A stretch of 64,000 nt of DNA from NCBI RefSeq assembly GCF_000315625.1, contig NW_005434567.1, positions 132,465-196,464 of the forward strand, given 5' to 3'. The position numbers and the translations under genes were made by a program. The notes beneath the pieces are model-generated. The model was not told the DNA's origin and searched no databases. It saw only the letters and a list, made by a program, of their open reading frames with translations. Below, piece by piece: positions 12,204 to 25,465 of the stretch (position 1 is the stretch's first letter; every line of letters begins with the position of its first letter). This DNA is from Guillardia theta CCMP2712 (taxonomy: Eukaryota > Protista > Cryptophyta).

Positions 12204-14327
12204 TCTCACTGACAGTGTCCTTGAAGGGATCACAGCATGCTCGATGGTTGAAAAGAACAGGTTGAGCGATTACAGGAGATCAGATCATTGTTGACCTGCA
12301 CAACCTTTATCATAACAAATTCTCTCATGGAACTGGGTTGAACAAACCTTCAGTGCTGGGCAACTGTACAGCCAATAATGTGCGTTGTTGAAAGGAAACG
12401 GCGAAATTTCAGGATGTAAAGGTGTACCTGATGCAAATTATTCAAAAAAATCTTGTACTAAAACATGGAAATGCACACGCAGTCAAGTGTTTTTCACCCG
12501 CACTAGAAAGATTACGGTCACAACACCAGCTAAACATGAACCAACGACATGCGGGTTGACAAATGCCGTTTTCATCAGCAAGGGCGCAGATCTCATCCAG
12601 GAACAAAAAGATATTGCTTCAGAAACGTACAAAAACACTTTAACACCAGAATTCACTCAGAGGGAAGGCTCGGCTAGAGGAAAAGTCTTCGAGACCCGTT
12701 CCATGCATGTGTATTTTGACAAGAGCTAGACTCCAGTCTCCACCCGGTGGTTAGCTTACAAGGAAAGAAAGAGCTGATAGCAATCGTAAGAACAGGAGAG
12801 ATCAAAAACATATCGACTGTAGGAGGACAGACGTGGGGAGAGAAACGGGGAGATTGAAGTAGCCATACACACCATCTAACGCGCGGCGGCGCGGAAAGGA
12901 GTTGAGTGATAATTAGACTTGAGGCGTTATTACTTAACCTCCAAATCAATCAGAGCACTGCTCCTTTGATACAGGGGTACCTACTTTTTAGAACCGGTAC
13001 TTCTGAGGATGTTTGAGTGGGTACTGGGTAGCGTCATGTCGTACCGAAAGGTAGGGTCTATTTATAGGACGGTTTTCCCAGCGAAAAGTCGTCATACGGT
13101 ACAATTACAAGTCAGTGCGACGTGATTTTATCGAAAACAAGTCTTTTCATGTGATCACGAGACCGGCGATCGCAACGACAGAACGTGACAGAAAGCAAGA
13201 CAGTCGGATGACTCCTGATGACTGATCCGGTTCGGGTATGGCAGGCGATGCTCGTGCGCAGGAGACGAGCCGCACATTCTGGTGGAACAAGCACCGTTCA
13301 TGTGTTAGCACAGTACAGGATGTCAGTTGCAAAGGATGGTTGCGAAGAGAACGTCAATACACAGGGAGCAAGCATCCAAAGGTTCTACTTGAACGCGCGT
13401 AGGTAGAGCCTTTCGATGCGCAATTCAAACACTGTTTGGGTACTGAATGGTTCATCTTTGTTTTCAATGCACCGAGATATAGCCGGTGATCGTTTCCGAT
13501 GATAAAGTGAGAAACCGGCACGTGCCTTCTTAAGGCCAAATAAGGATCCAAGACAGAATGTTGGGGGCATCTAGATAGTGCATAGTTTCAACATGTTAAA
13601 GTCTGCAGGTTGGCCTTGACTACCCCGCAGGTGTGCTATCAAGAAACTCGACACGTCAATCACTTTGCGCAGCAAAGCTCTGCGCAGCAAAGTACATCCT
13701 GCATAAACAAATAGGTCATTGTGAACCCGCAAAACGTCATGCTAACAAACAACAACCTATTTATGTGTACTTTGATGCTTGACTGCATGCCGGATGCATC
13801 TGATACTGCTCTTTAGCCCTGCATCCGGTCAAATCAGGAGGAACTTGAAGCCGTGCCACCAAATGGATCTAAACACATGGTTTCGCGAAAACATGCAAAG
13901 ATTAGATCTCTCTCTCTCTCTCTCTCTGTCGCGAACAAAGCTTGCAGGGACTCAACACGATTGTTGCGACGTGAAATAACGACAAACACTCAGAAACAAC
14001 TTGCATATCTGTCTGCAGCAAGCAGGGCGCATTGCATGCAAGATGTAAGTGCGATGAGTGTTTGTGTGTTTCTCAAAATCTTTGCGGGTTGCTTGAGAAT
14101 AACATGCAAATTGTGCCTCTGCTTCGAGCACGTACAAGGGAGTGGCGATATTATGGTTTCATCATCCTGGAGTAAATCAAATGTGGTCCGTGCTTCATCA
14201 GCCACCACTCAACAAGAGAATTTATAATCAAGTGTCAACCATCTTGTGCGGACGAGCATGCATATATGAGCACCACCCACCTACTATATGGACAAGCATG
14301 CTAGTCATCATGATTCTCAACGTGTAC

Positions 14328-14348
14328 AGGAGGAGGAGGAGGAGGAGG

Positions 14349-14388
<40 letters not shown>

Positions 14389-14430
14389 GGAGGAGGAGGA
14401 GGAGGAGGAGGAGCAGCAGCAGCAGCAGCG
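14328..14430. repeat. Compound microsatellite (GAG)n(GAT)n(GAG)n(CAG)n
   Basis: Read directly from the sequence. Confidence 0.9.
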
Positions 14431-14839
14431 ATTGGCTGGAAGCGGAACCTCCATTTTTGGTGCCTTCCCTGCAATTCTATTTGTACATTTTATATAGGGT
14501 ATAATAATACTTTATAAGTGGTGTAGCCCGTATGAAGTTGACAAGTAAACAGTACCACACATTTATACATTTTGTACCACTCTACTCCTTTAAAAAGCTA
14601 CTACCAAATTCACCTTGTTACGCCCGCTAGCTATGGCGAAGGAGGGGAGGAGGCAGTAGGGGAGGCGTCTAGTGGTGCATCAAAGGAAGCAAAGGGAAAC
14701 AGAAGATCGCACAAGGACGTAGAAGCAGACAAGCAGCTCTCCCACCTTGAACGCCACTCGTTGAGGCCTGCTGGAGGAAGGTTTGGTGCTGTGTTACATC
14801 TTGCCCGGAGGCAGCTACCCTGGGCAGCTCTGCTCGGCC

Positions 14840-17800
14840 ATGGAGCGGTATGATGCTGGGCTGAAGATCATTGCTGGAGCGCAAATAGCGAAGGAGAGAA
14901 ATGAGCTGGAATATGCTCACTCTCAGTATGTCAAGGGCATCGAGGAGCTTATCAAGCTTGTACAGGACGAGAAGGACGCCAACGTGGCGTTGCTGGTTAG
15001 GAAGCACGTGTCCAAGTAAGTCTTGTTGCAGCTAGAAATAGCTTCATCTGTGTATATATACGCACTTGTCGTTGCCTAGTACGTTAGATCGCATGTTTCA
15101 TCATGCGCTTTCATGATATGCTCTAGTACGCTTCACAATGTGCAGTTTCGTTATGTGCTTTTCCTGCTTTCAGCGACGATGATCACTATCCGATGATCGT
15201 TTTATTCCTTGTTTTCCCATGTGCATAAATGCCAGAATCAACATGACTCCGTTATGATCCAGATTCATGGAAGAAGCAGAAAACCTTCTCAACAATCCGT
15301 CCGAGCATGCCAGAGAGCTGAGGAAACGCGCTGCCATGATTGAGGGCAGGGCGAAGGACGCGGAAAAGGGGTTCAAGATCGGTCTGGCCCTGCAGTACTA
15401 CACAGAAGCAGCGGATACATTCACTGCACTGCGGCATGAGAGCTTTGGCGAGCTCAAGAAATGGGCAGGGGAGAAAGCATTGGCTGCGCTCAACAAGGCG
15501 GAATACTTCCAGAAGCTTCAGAAGTGCACTACCAAGACGAAGGGCAACAACCCTGGCAAGTCGGCCGATGATGCTAACATCCTGGGCCTGCCCAGCGCGC
15601 CTGGAGGGGAGGAGGAGGACGCGTACTCTGTGCCTGCCAACATGACCGCCATTGATCCCAACGACGAGGGGCCGAATCCGAACAGCCTGACAATGGTGTT
15701 CGCCAGGGTGAACAAGGCGGAAGTAGAGAAGATCCTCATACAGGGCAACCAGATTAACGGGAAGTTCTTTGAAAGGTTCTTCCTAACAGATGCTGATGAG
15801 AAGAACTATGAGGGGTCGGCCTGGAAGGACCCGGACGGCTACCCGAAGCTCTCGGAGGTACAGAGGGAGAGCCATGCCCGTTGGGGTCGGCCTTCTCAGA
15901 TCTTTCTCTCGCCCTACCTCTTCCACTCCTTGGAAGGGAGAGTCATCGTCCAGAGCTCGGGCTACTCGCACAGCTTCGCCCTCTCGCTCAGCGTCTGCGC
16001 AGACTGGGAGAGGCGATTCGGCAAGAGTCTCATCAGCCGCTCCATCTACCCGCACGTGCGGGGGATCCCAGTGCTGAGCAGGTCGGGCAGGTACGTGCTG
16101 AAGATGCTGGTGAACGGGGCGGTGAGAAAAGTTTGCATCGATGAGTTCCTCCCTGTGAAGAGCGAGGGAGAGGTCGAGCTAATGTGTTCGTCCTCGTTAG
16201 GCAGAGAAGAGATCTGGGCCTGTCTGTATGAGAAGGCTTACTTCAAGCTTCATGGGTCGTACGACTTCACTGGCTGGACCAGCTGTGAGGATCTTCATGC
16301 TCTGTGCGGTTGGATCCCTGAAGAGATCCACCTGCATTCCATGGAGGGAGGAGGAGGAGGAGGAGGAGGAGGAGGAGAAGAGGTTGTGATCAGTGCGGTT
16401 CCTGTAGAGAATGTCGATAGCGGCAGTGATGACGGCATCGTTGAAGGTGAAGTCGAGCGATCTAATGACCGCTACTGCTGTTTCTGTTCTCCCACACGCT
16501 GTTGTCGTTTGATTCTGATAGATGCCTCTGTTGTCTCTCTTTACCACTCTTTCGCTTCCGAAAGAACCTCCCTCTAAATCTCGCTTGTCGTTTCCAGCTT
16601 TATCTGATATTCCTTTGATCGCAGCGATCCAGGTAGAGGAAGTGGATCAGGAGTGGAACAAGATCTCCATGGGAGTGAAGAAAGGCACTGGAATGTTCAC
16701 TGTCCGCAGCAAGGCATGCTCGGAGGAGGAAGGGCTGCAGTCAGGGATCCCTTCCGAAATGACCTTTGCCGTGCTGGGTGCGGCGGAAGTGAATGGGTTG
16801 AAGCTGCTGAAGCTCAAGTCAGCCGACGTGGAAGCAGGATGGAAGGGGCGGGCGAGCATGGAGGACGCAAACTTTTGGACAGCCGACGCTGTGAGCTCGC
16901 TAGGCTCTGACGGTGAGAAGCTGGAGGAGGACAAGAAGTTCGGCGTCTTTTGGATGCCATGGGCAGACGTCAGGAGCCGCTTCCAGTCAGTCTTCTGCAG
17001 CTGGAGTCCAGCTCGCTTCCGCTACCATCGCAGCTTGCACGGGGTATGGAAGAAGGCAAGCCCCTGCAGCACCCACTATGATGACGCTCCTCAGTACCTG
17101 ATCCGCTTCCGCTGCTCCGCCCACACCATGATATGGCTCCTTCTCTCCAAGCACTACTCTGACGCCAAGGACGCTACAAGGGTGGGCATGAAGTTGTTCC
17201 GATGGGGCCGCAAGGTGTACAGCACGGAAGGATCGATAGCGAGCAGTGACATGAAGTCCTCGCACTCTCTCCTCAAGATCCCCTGCCCTCCAGGCGATCA
17301 TGCCTTCGTCTTCGTCCTCCTCGTCGACAGGCCCGCCGCCTCCCTGGGCTACACCATCACCTCCTACTCCACCGAGCTCGTAGCGCTCTCCCCGGCACTG
17401 GACTGCCCCTCCCTTCAAGCGGGTGCATCCTCTATGTGCACTTTTAAGTCCTTTCGCCATGCCTGGTCCAAGATGCCCTTCCCCGGTGGTCCCCTGGGCT
17501 CCTCCCGCTTCCCCAACAACCCCATGTTCCGACTGGAGTGCATGGCGGAGGAGCGAGTTATGGTGAAGCTGCTGGCGAGGAAGGAGGCAGCTGGTCTGCT
17601 ACCGGCCGTCTGCCTTCACCTCTTCGTCTCAGGTCGGAGGGTCGACAACAAGGACGTGAAGGAGATCGAGTGCAGGGCCGGCAGCTCCGACTACATCCCC
17701 GGGTCAGCATGGAAGGAGTACCTGCTTCCTCCTGGCACCTTTACGCTGGTCGTGGCGGCGGAGGAGGAGGGGGTCAGGCTTCAGGCGGAGTTTGAAATAT

Positions 17801-18609
17801 CCTTGCTCGCATCCGACTTACTGGAAGTCGCCAGCATTGTCTACCCGACCATGGACTTGTCGGAGAGGAAAGATCCTCCTCCTCCTCCTTCGCTTCCTCC
17901 TCCTCCCGTCTCGTCCCAGGACGAAGTAGACTTGGTCGATGCCCCTCCCAGGGATGAGAAGACCCGTCCTCCTCCTCCGCTCTACTTCAGCGATCGGCAA
18001 GAGGAGGACAAGGGAGTCAACAATCCTGATGGTAAGAATGTCACGGCGAAGATGGATGAAGGAGACAAACATCCTGGATACCTTCCTGTACTTGTCGAGG
18101 ATGAGAAGGCCAATGAGGAGGAAAGGAGAGTGGACAAGAAGGATGAGGAAAGGAAGCAGGAAGAGGAGAGAAAACAGCGGGAAGAGCAGGTAAAAGAGGA
18201 AGAGAGGAGAGAGGCAAAGAGGAAGGAAGAACAGAGAAGGGAAGAGGAGAAGAAGAAAGAGGAGGAAACAAGGAAACAAGAAGAAGAAAGGAAAAGGCAG
18301 CAGGTGAAGCAAGATGAAGCGAAGAAAAACGCGGAGATGGAGGAAGCGAGGAAGGAGAAAGCGAAGAAGAAGGAGGAGGAGGAGATGGCCAGGAAAGAAC
18401 GAGAGAAGGAAGAAGAGGAAAGGAGGGAGCATGAGGAGAGGAGAAAGGAGGAAGAAAGGAAGAAGCAAGAAGAGCAGCGGAGGGAAGCAGAGGAAGAAGA
18501 ACGGAGACAGAAGGAGGAGGTGGAAAGAAATCAAAAGCGGGGAGACAACGAGCAGAACCCCGCGGGGGACGAGAAGCAGCAAGGCGAGGCTCCAAAGGAC
18601 GGCGAGTGA
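14840..18609 (+). CDS. Calpain-7/PalB-like protein (MIT-MIT-CysPc-domain III repeats-Pro-rich-charged coiled coil), probably catalytically inactive; exons ~14840-15015, 15263-16446, 16625-18609
   Basis: MIT-like helices (AHSQYVKGIEEL; ALQYYTEAADTF). Calpain motifs GRYVLKMLVNGAVRKVCIDEFLP, EIWACLYEKAYFKLHGSYDF, DLHALCGWIPE, GVFWMPWADV, PQYLI and NNPMFRL. Introns are in-phase GT-AG. Confidence 0.8.
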
Positions 18610-18956
18610 TGATGACGGCGATGATGAAGATGCGGAGGCAGCAGGAATTGGATCGTAAGCGACGAGCTTGAAGAGGAGGAGCAGCAGGAGCCAATGGATC
18701 TCTCGTTTCTGCTGTGATTGTTTTCATTATTAACATAAGTGATATGTAGAAATCCCTTCCTCTCTCCCATCCCCAAGTGCCCACACCCCCTCCCCGGACA
18801 AAATCCTCCTCCTCCTCCTCCTCTTCCTCCTCCTCTCCTCCTCCTTCTCCATCTCCTCCTCCTCCTCCTTCTCCTCCTCCTCCTCCTCCTCCTTCTCCTT
18901 CTCCTCCTCCTCCTCGTCATCAACATGATCGTAGCAGCATGACAATTTTCACGCGT

Positions 18957-21900
18957 TCAAAAGAATAATCCCCTTCCACCCTGCGTCCGCCCATTCTCCT
19001 CCTCCTCCTCCCCCTCCTCCTCAGCTTTCATCGACGCTGGTGAACTTGGCAGTACGTCAGAGCCGCAACTTCCCCCTCCTACAGTCACCTGGAGATCCTC
19101 CTTCCTCTCTCCCTCTTCGACCTCCTTGTCCTTCCCCGTGCTTGGGCTCAAGTTGCCCGCACTGAGGCCCATCAGAGGACGCAGCTCCTGCATGGCTTCC
19201 AAGCTTTCCCAAACATACAGAGGAGGGTCCTGAGGAAAGAGCATGAGCGAGAGGAAGGGAGGAGGACGGAGAAGAGGAAGCGGAAAGGGGAGGGGGGGGG
19301 GCGGAGAAAGGGGAATCATAGTGCAGCGAGGAAACGGGGGGGCAGGGCGATAAGGAAGGTGGAGAGGGAAGGGGAGGGGGGGATGGGGCGAGGGCAGTAA
19401 GGACAAGGACGCGAGGAGGGAAATGGAGAAGGAACGGGGAAGAGACAAGGGTTGTCAAGATAAGAGGGAGAGAAAAAGGAAAGAGGTATAGGAGACCGAA
19501 CGAACAACGACTCAGAAGAAAGGAAATTAAAATCAACAGAGGACAGAGCAAAACAAAAGAGAGCAGGCGCAGGAGTGAGGAGCGAAGAAGATTCCGTGTG
19601 AATGAATTTCTTACCTTGCTACGATCATTCTTAAGATCTTGGAGCCGTTGAATGCCTGATTGGAACTGTTTTAGATTGCGAAAACTGAATGGCTGAAAAC
19701 CCCAGCACAGAGAAAAGGAAGATGTAACATGCCATTATCATTACCATCATCATCATCACCAACAACAACAACAACAATATCAACATCAACATCATCTTTT
19801 TTATCATCATCTCACTGTATCTTCTTGGCTCGTCATCGTGCGGCAGGGAGCATGAATGTCGTTTGTACTCGATCTGGGCCAACCTCAGCAAGTCAAAGAA
19901 GAAGCAAACAACAGGAGGAGGAAGGGAGGAGGAGGAGGGGAGGAGGAGGAGGGAAACGTTGCAGCAGAAGAACCAAGACGAGGAAGATAGTTGAACTCAC
20001 CACTGTGTTCTTTGGGAGGCTCAAAACTTCTAATATCGCCCTCCTCAAACGCAGAGTCCCCTGTCGATCGCTGGAAAGGATTAGAGAGCAAATTAGATCA
20101 CGGGCAACAAATTAGATCACGAGCAAATTAGTATCACTGCACGGTGCAGAGGAGCAAGGAACAATGCAATTCGAGATTGTGATGGCGGTGTACACAAGAC
20201 ATTACTGACCTATTGGGGAGTACAGATTTGTTTGCAAAGGTGGAGAACGCACAATCAAGAAAGGGAAGGAGATCGAACCAGCGCAAAAGTTGCGTCGAGT
20301 GAGAATACATCCAAGGCAACGAGAGACAACACGAGACAGCGAGGCAATAATCCGTCCACACTTGTCACTGCACGCAAACACACAACACACAATTGCACGC
20401 AACAACAGACTACAAGAGACATGTAAGAGCTTCACCGGTGATCGCACCATACTGAGAGAACATCCTCCTCTGGCCGGCTGCAGTCGCATCATCCCCAGCA
20501 GGAACACGGGTTAGCACAAGATCTACCTCGTCACAATTGCTCCGCAGAAATCCTGACTCATGTTGTGAGCTCCGCCTGTAGGATAAAATCAGGCAAAGAG
20601 GAAGCTACGAAGTAGCGCAAGGAGCAGCAGCAACGAAGCTGTGAGGAGGAAGGAGGAATACCCAAGGACGAGAAAATGAATAAGTGAAGGACAGCAGCAG
20701 CAGCAAAGAAACAAGGCAAGTGAGAAACGCAACGGCGTACTCCATCAGCTTCCTGACATTTATCCACAACTTCGGCAGGGGAGATCTCACGACAACATTG
20801 TCATATATGGAGAGCGGGTCAAGATGTGCCGACCAAGGAAACATGCAAGCTCAATCAGCTGTTCCTGTCTCTCACCGATGCACGCTAGAATGACTTCCTC
20901 CCAAAACCTCGACGCCAGACCCTTCCTCAACCTCAGCGTCCACTGACAAGGAACTACTTCAGTCTTCCCCCCCCCAAAAGAAACAAGACCCTTTTCCCCA
21001 TTCTCCGCTCTCCTCCTCTTCACCTTCCCTCCTCCCATGTTCGCCGGGTCGTCGGGAAACGGTTTGATCCCATCCTGTCAATGCTATCATACTGCCATCC
21101 ACCATAGCACTCCCTTCCTCCCTTCCTCCCTTCTCGCTGCTCCTCATCGTTCTCCTCCTCCTTTTCTCCTCGTTCTCCTCTTCCTCCTCGTCCTCCTCCT
21201 CCATTCTCTGTCCTTAGTCCTCCGTGCTCTGTCCCCCCTCTACCTACCCGGAACAAGCAGCAGTCGAAGTTGGTTGACATCTCGTTTGGCCTGACGAGAT
21301 GGTCGTAGATACTCCAGAACTCCTCGACCGTGTTGAAGGAGGGCGTGCTGTAAAGCTCACTCTCTGCCTGTTCTCCGACGTCAGACCTCAGGACAGGGCA
21401 CGAGCCGTGTCGCCTCCTCCTACCCTCTCCGATGACTGCGAGTCCTCTTCGTCATTGTTTGCGATGAAGTAGAACCTGTCAGTCAGAGTCATCAGTGGAG
21501 GGAGAGAGAAGAAGGGGGAAGGGGGGGGGTGGAGCTAGTGGAAGGGCTACCAGAGGGAGGAGGGAACGCGGAGGAGGGGAAAAGGAATCAGCAGCTGCAT
21601 ATGACGAGAGTACATGGAATCATCGCAAGCTGGAACAATGAGAAGTTGGACAAGACTGAGATTTAAAACGAGGATGAGGGTGAGAGGAGAAGGATCAGGG
21701 GCAAGGGCAGGAGCAAGGGCGGGAGTCAGGGCAGCAGGAGGACGAGGAGCAGGAGGAGCAGGAGGAGCAGGAGGAGCAGGAGGAGCAGACGGAAGGAGGT
21801 CGCAGACCTGAACGTGTGAGCTAGCTGGTGCACGTCCATGTCATCATTCAGGACGTCAAACATTCCCGTCGCCTGGCGGGACATCAAAGGCCGACATAAG

Positions 21901-22262
21901 ACATCGTGCACGCCGGGAGCGATGGCGCACAGAGCAGCAACAACGGCGAGTGATAGCAAACGTGTACAAGTTGCAGTATGCATTGAGTGGCATCGAAAAC
22001 TATATAAGCAATCGATGTCGACTTATCTCCGGGCAACGGCTATCGAAAGCAACATGTTTCCCACACTATTTGTTTCCAGTTCATCGCAACAGCAATCATC
22101 ATGGTCATCACCATCATCATCATATGCATAGGCGCCAATGCAACATCGATGCCGATAACGACATCATTGGCATAGTTTCCACCATCTACGCCCACAGCAA
22201 GTCTGTCCTGCATCTTCACCCCTCCCTCCCTTCCTCATCTTCCCAATCTCCTTTCTCACCAT
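18957..22262 (-). CDS. eIF4E-family protein, class II (4EHP/nCBP-like), multi-exon; 5' and 3' exon choice uncertain
   Basis: Exons translate to HQLAHTFRFYF, FNTVEEFWSIYDHLVRPNEMSTNFDCCLFR, DGIKPFPDDPANMGGGK (21074-21024), WTLRLRKGLASRFWEEVILACI, RPEEDVLSVW, LRLRRAILEVLSLPKNTV and IEYKRH, in eIF4E order. Confidence 0.8.
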
Positions 22263-22399
22263 TTTCGATGTAGCACGAGCTCGAAGGGTCGGGGTGGGGG
22301 TGTTGACACTATCAATAGGGGGTGGGGGTATTAGCAACATCCTGAAATGAAGCACTAATCGGCTCACTACTAGACATTTGCTGCCCTTCTCGTCCCGGG

Positions 22400-23340
22400 C
22401 CCAGCGTTCAAGTTGCAACCGTGACGCCGGGGCCGCGGCCACTGAGCGCGGCCGCCGGGACTGAGTCCGACTCCCAGTCACGGTCCGCAACTTGGAAACG
22501 GCGCCCGCCGGGCCCCCGCGGGCGGCCGGGCGGCCGGGTCGCCGCTGCACGCCGGGCCGGGCCGCAATCGGATCCGGGCCGGGCGCCCGCCCGCGGCAAT
22601 CCGAATCATTCATTGAATCAGCGGCCGGGTACTATAGCACTCGCGGCAAGTCAAGAATCAGCTACTGGTTCAGTGACCGGCCGGGCTGGCACAGCGGCAC
22701 GACTCGGACTCGGTGCCCCGCTGCGAACTCAGATTCGGAAGTTCGCCGGCTTGAAGATCCAAGTCAAACCGGCCCCGCTGGAAGTTGAACTCAGTGACCG
22801 TACGGTCGAACGGTCACCCGGGTTTCGAGGCGGGCCGGGCAGGCCTGTGAGTCACAACCGGGCCGAGTGACCGTGGCAGTACGGTGGCCGGGCGTGACCG
22901 TGCCTCAGACTCTTCGGAGTGCGGCCCACTGCAATGCCCGGCCACTGAACCGTGACTCCCGGGCCGTAAGCGGTTTCCGTATCGTGTACAGTGCCATGAT
23001 TCGCAACAGCCGCTGAGCCGCCGCGCCCCGGCCCGGCGCCCCGGCGGCCGGCGGGGCGGGGCCCGCCGCCGCCTCAGTGCGCCTCGGAGGCTGAGTCAGT
23101 CTCAGTCCGATCTCCAAACGCCGCCGCCCGGCTGGGCCGGCCTCGCCGAGTCCGAGTCAAGCCGGCCGCCGGACCGTACCGGCCCCGGTCAAGCCGGGCC
23201 CCGCGGCTCCAACCACTCAGTGAACAGCCGGAGTCAGGTTCACCCTCCGACTCGGCCGCACGGGCCGGGCGCGGCTTGGCCCAGTGGACCGTCGGACCAT
23301 GAGTCATCGGAGTCATGAGTCACATTGTAAACGGGGGCCG
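22400..23340. other. GC-rich, palindrome-dense intergenic island between divergent genes
   Basis: Same word composition as 1430-2780. Confidence 0.7.
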
Positions 23341-23603
23341 CTGAGGGATGTCAGCATGCTGTTCAGAACGATGCGGTTTAGGGACGCTGGGCTCTCGAAG
23401 GATATCTTACAGTAGTATTTTACTACAAGAATAAAACTAAGTTCTAATCAGCAAGGCACTAAGAATCTGTTTGCAAGCAATCGAGAAGCTTCCTTCGTAC
23501 AGTAAAGACCCTGTAAGAGGTCGTTCCAGAATGCTGACATCCCTCCTCCCTTCAAATCCGGACCTCCCTCCCGACGCCTTCCCAACCTCTTTCCCTTGCC
23601 ACC

Positions 23604-23876
23604 ATGACCACCGCCAGAGCCCTCGAGACCAAGAGCATTCACTTCCTCGCCCTCCACCCTCTCCTCGGCTATCAGCCCGTCGACCTCCACATCCCCGTCT
23701 CCTACTCCCCCGAGGAGGAGAAGGCCTGCTTCGCAAGGCCTTCTCGTGTTGATCAGCGCAGCCTCTCCTCGTGCGACCGCAACATGATCAGGGCAGCGGC
23801 GTGGGTGCTGTGCATGAACGTGGCGTCGACGATACTTGTGGGAGCCATGGGAGTAGCGATGGGGATGATCCACTAG
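23604..23876 (+). CDS. 90-aa hypothetical protein with a C-terminal hydrophobic helix, copy 1
   Basis: ORF conserved in three near-identical copies and one diverged paralog. C-terminal AAAWVLCMNVASTILVGAMGVAMGMIH is TM-like. Confidence 0.65.
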   Translation: MTTARALETKSIHFLALHPLLGYQPVDLHIPVSYSPEEEKACFARPSRVDQRSLSSCDRNMIRAAAWVLCMNVASTILVGAMGVAMGMIH

Positions 23877-24652
23877 CAGAGGGAGTGCGCGGGTATGCTA
23901 GAGCGGGATGTATGAGTAGGAAGCTCTTTGGAGAACGGGGTGTACAGAGAGGGTAGTGTGTAACATATGAGATGGAACATGAGGTGTTGTTGTAATAAAG
24001 ATGTTTGCTCTGAGATTATAGACTGAATCTGTGGTTTGTCACGCTGGTTTGAGGCCTTCATGCCTGCTTTTTGTCAGGTTGGGTCAGGTTGGGTTTTCTG
24101 TGTGCCCTCAGCGTGTAATCTGTCTCGTCTTATTTGGTCCATGCAGCGGCATGCGCCTGTCGAACGTGCTCTTCAAGAAAAACTGATGTTGGAAGCATAC
24201 AGATTACTGACGACAGCAATCTGCTTCCTATTCCAAGCTTGGGCGGCGAGTTGCAAGAATCGAATCTTTCCGGCAAGAGAAAACAGTGCCATCGACTAAG
24301 GAGTAGCAAGCTGAGCCGAGTCGCAGTGAGCTCCTTTTCCAAACACGATAGGTTTGGACATGACAGCGAGGTTTTTCTATGCTTACGACAGACGTCTCAG
24401 TCAGATGTGATGCTAGAAATATGTTGATTTTCACAGTAAAGCAAGGATTCCCTTTAATTGGACCAGACATTCTCCTGCCATATCACTAGCAGGCAACAAA
24501 CTCAAACGAAACAAATCGAAGCAAATATCTTTATTGCAACAACACCTCATGTTCCATCTCATATGTTACACACTACCCTCTCTGTACACCCCGTTCTCCA
24601 AAAAGCTTCCTACTCATACATCCCGCTCTAGCATACCCGCGCACTCCCTCTA

Positions 24653-24925
24653 CTAGTGGATCATCCCCATCGCTACTCCCATGGCTCCCACAAGTATCGT
24701 CGACGCCACGTTCATGCACAGCACCCACGCTGCTGCCCTGATCATGTTGCGGTCGCACGAGGAGAGGCTGCGCTGATCAACACGAGAAGGCCTTGCGAAG
24801 CAGGCCTTCTCCTCCTCGGGGGAGTAGGAGACGGGGATGTGGAGGTCGACGGGCTGATAGCCGAGGAGAGGGTGGAGGGCGAGGAAGTGAAGGCTCTTGG
24901 TCTCGAGGGCTCTGGCGGTGGTCAT
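24653..24925 (-). CDS. 90-aa hypothetical protein, copy 2 (inverted)
   Basis: One amino-acid difference (I>L) from copy 1. The 3' flank is also shared in inverted orientation. Confidence 0.65.
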   Translation of the reverse strand: MTTARALETKSLHFLALHPLLGYQPVDLHIPVSYSPEEEKACFARPSRVDQRSLSSCDRNMIRAAAWVLCMNVASTILVGAMGVAMGMIH

Positions 24926-25192
24926 GGTCGCAAGGGAAAGAGGTTGGGAAGGAGGTCCGGATTTGAAGGGAGGAGGGATGTCAGCATGACGGTCGGAGCA
25001 GTTGCAGAAGCTCTGGAACGACCTCTTACAGGGTCTTTACTGTACGAAGGAAGCTTCTCGAATGCTTTCAAGAAGCTGACGCTGAGATGACATCTCAAGA
25101 GATCTAAACTTGTAGTAAACTACCACTGTAAGATCCACAGAAAAACCTCTACCTCCCTCCCGACGCCTTCCCAACCTCCTCCCCTTGCCACC

Positions 25193-25465
25193 ATGACCAC
25201 CGCCAGAGCCCTCGAGACCAAGAGCATTCACTTCCTCGCCCTCCACCCTCTCCTCGGCTATCAGCCCGTCGACCTCCACATCCCCGTCTCCTACTCCCCC
25301 GAGGAGGAGAAGGCCTGCTTCGCAAGGCCGTCTCGTGTTGATCAGCGCAGCCTCTCCTCGTGCGACCGCAACATGATCAGGGCAGCGGCGTGGGTGCTGT
25401 GCATGAACGTGGCGTCGACGATACTTGTGGGAGCCATGGGAGTAGCGATGGGGATGATCCACTAG
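25193..25465 (+). CDS. 90-aa hypothetical protein, copy 3
   Basis: Protein identical to copy 1. Confidence 0.65.
   Translation: MTTARALETKSIHFLALHPLLGYQPVDLHIPVSYSPEEEKACFARPSRVDQRSLSSCDRNMIRAAAWVLCMNVASTILVGAMGVAMGMIH

Noticed and set aside
17818-18968. Leu/Phe/Pro-rich minus-strand ORFs
   Set aside because: Antisense of the charged calpain tail and of (CCT)n microsatellites.
21873-21983. Signal-peptide-like N-terminus (MHTATCTRLLSLAVVAALCAIAPG) on the eIF4E, suggesting periplastid targeting
   Set aside because: An equally good model has an ATG-only exon at 22262-22260 (ATG|gtgag) spliced to cag|GCG at 21872, which makes this stretch intronic. It cannot be supported without cDNA.
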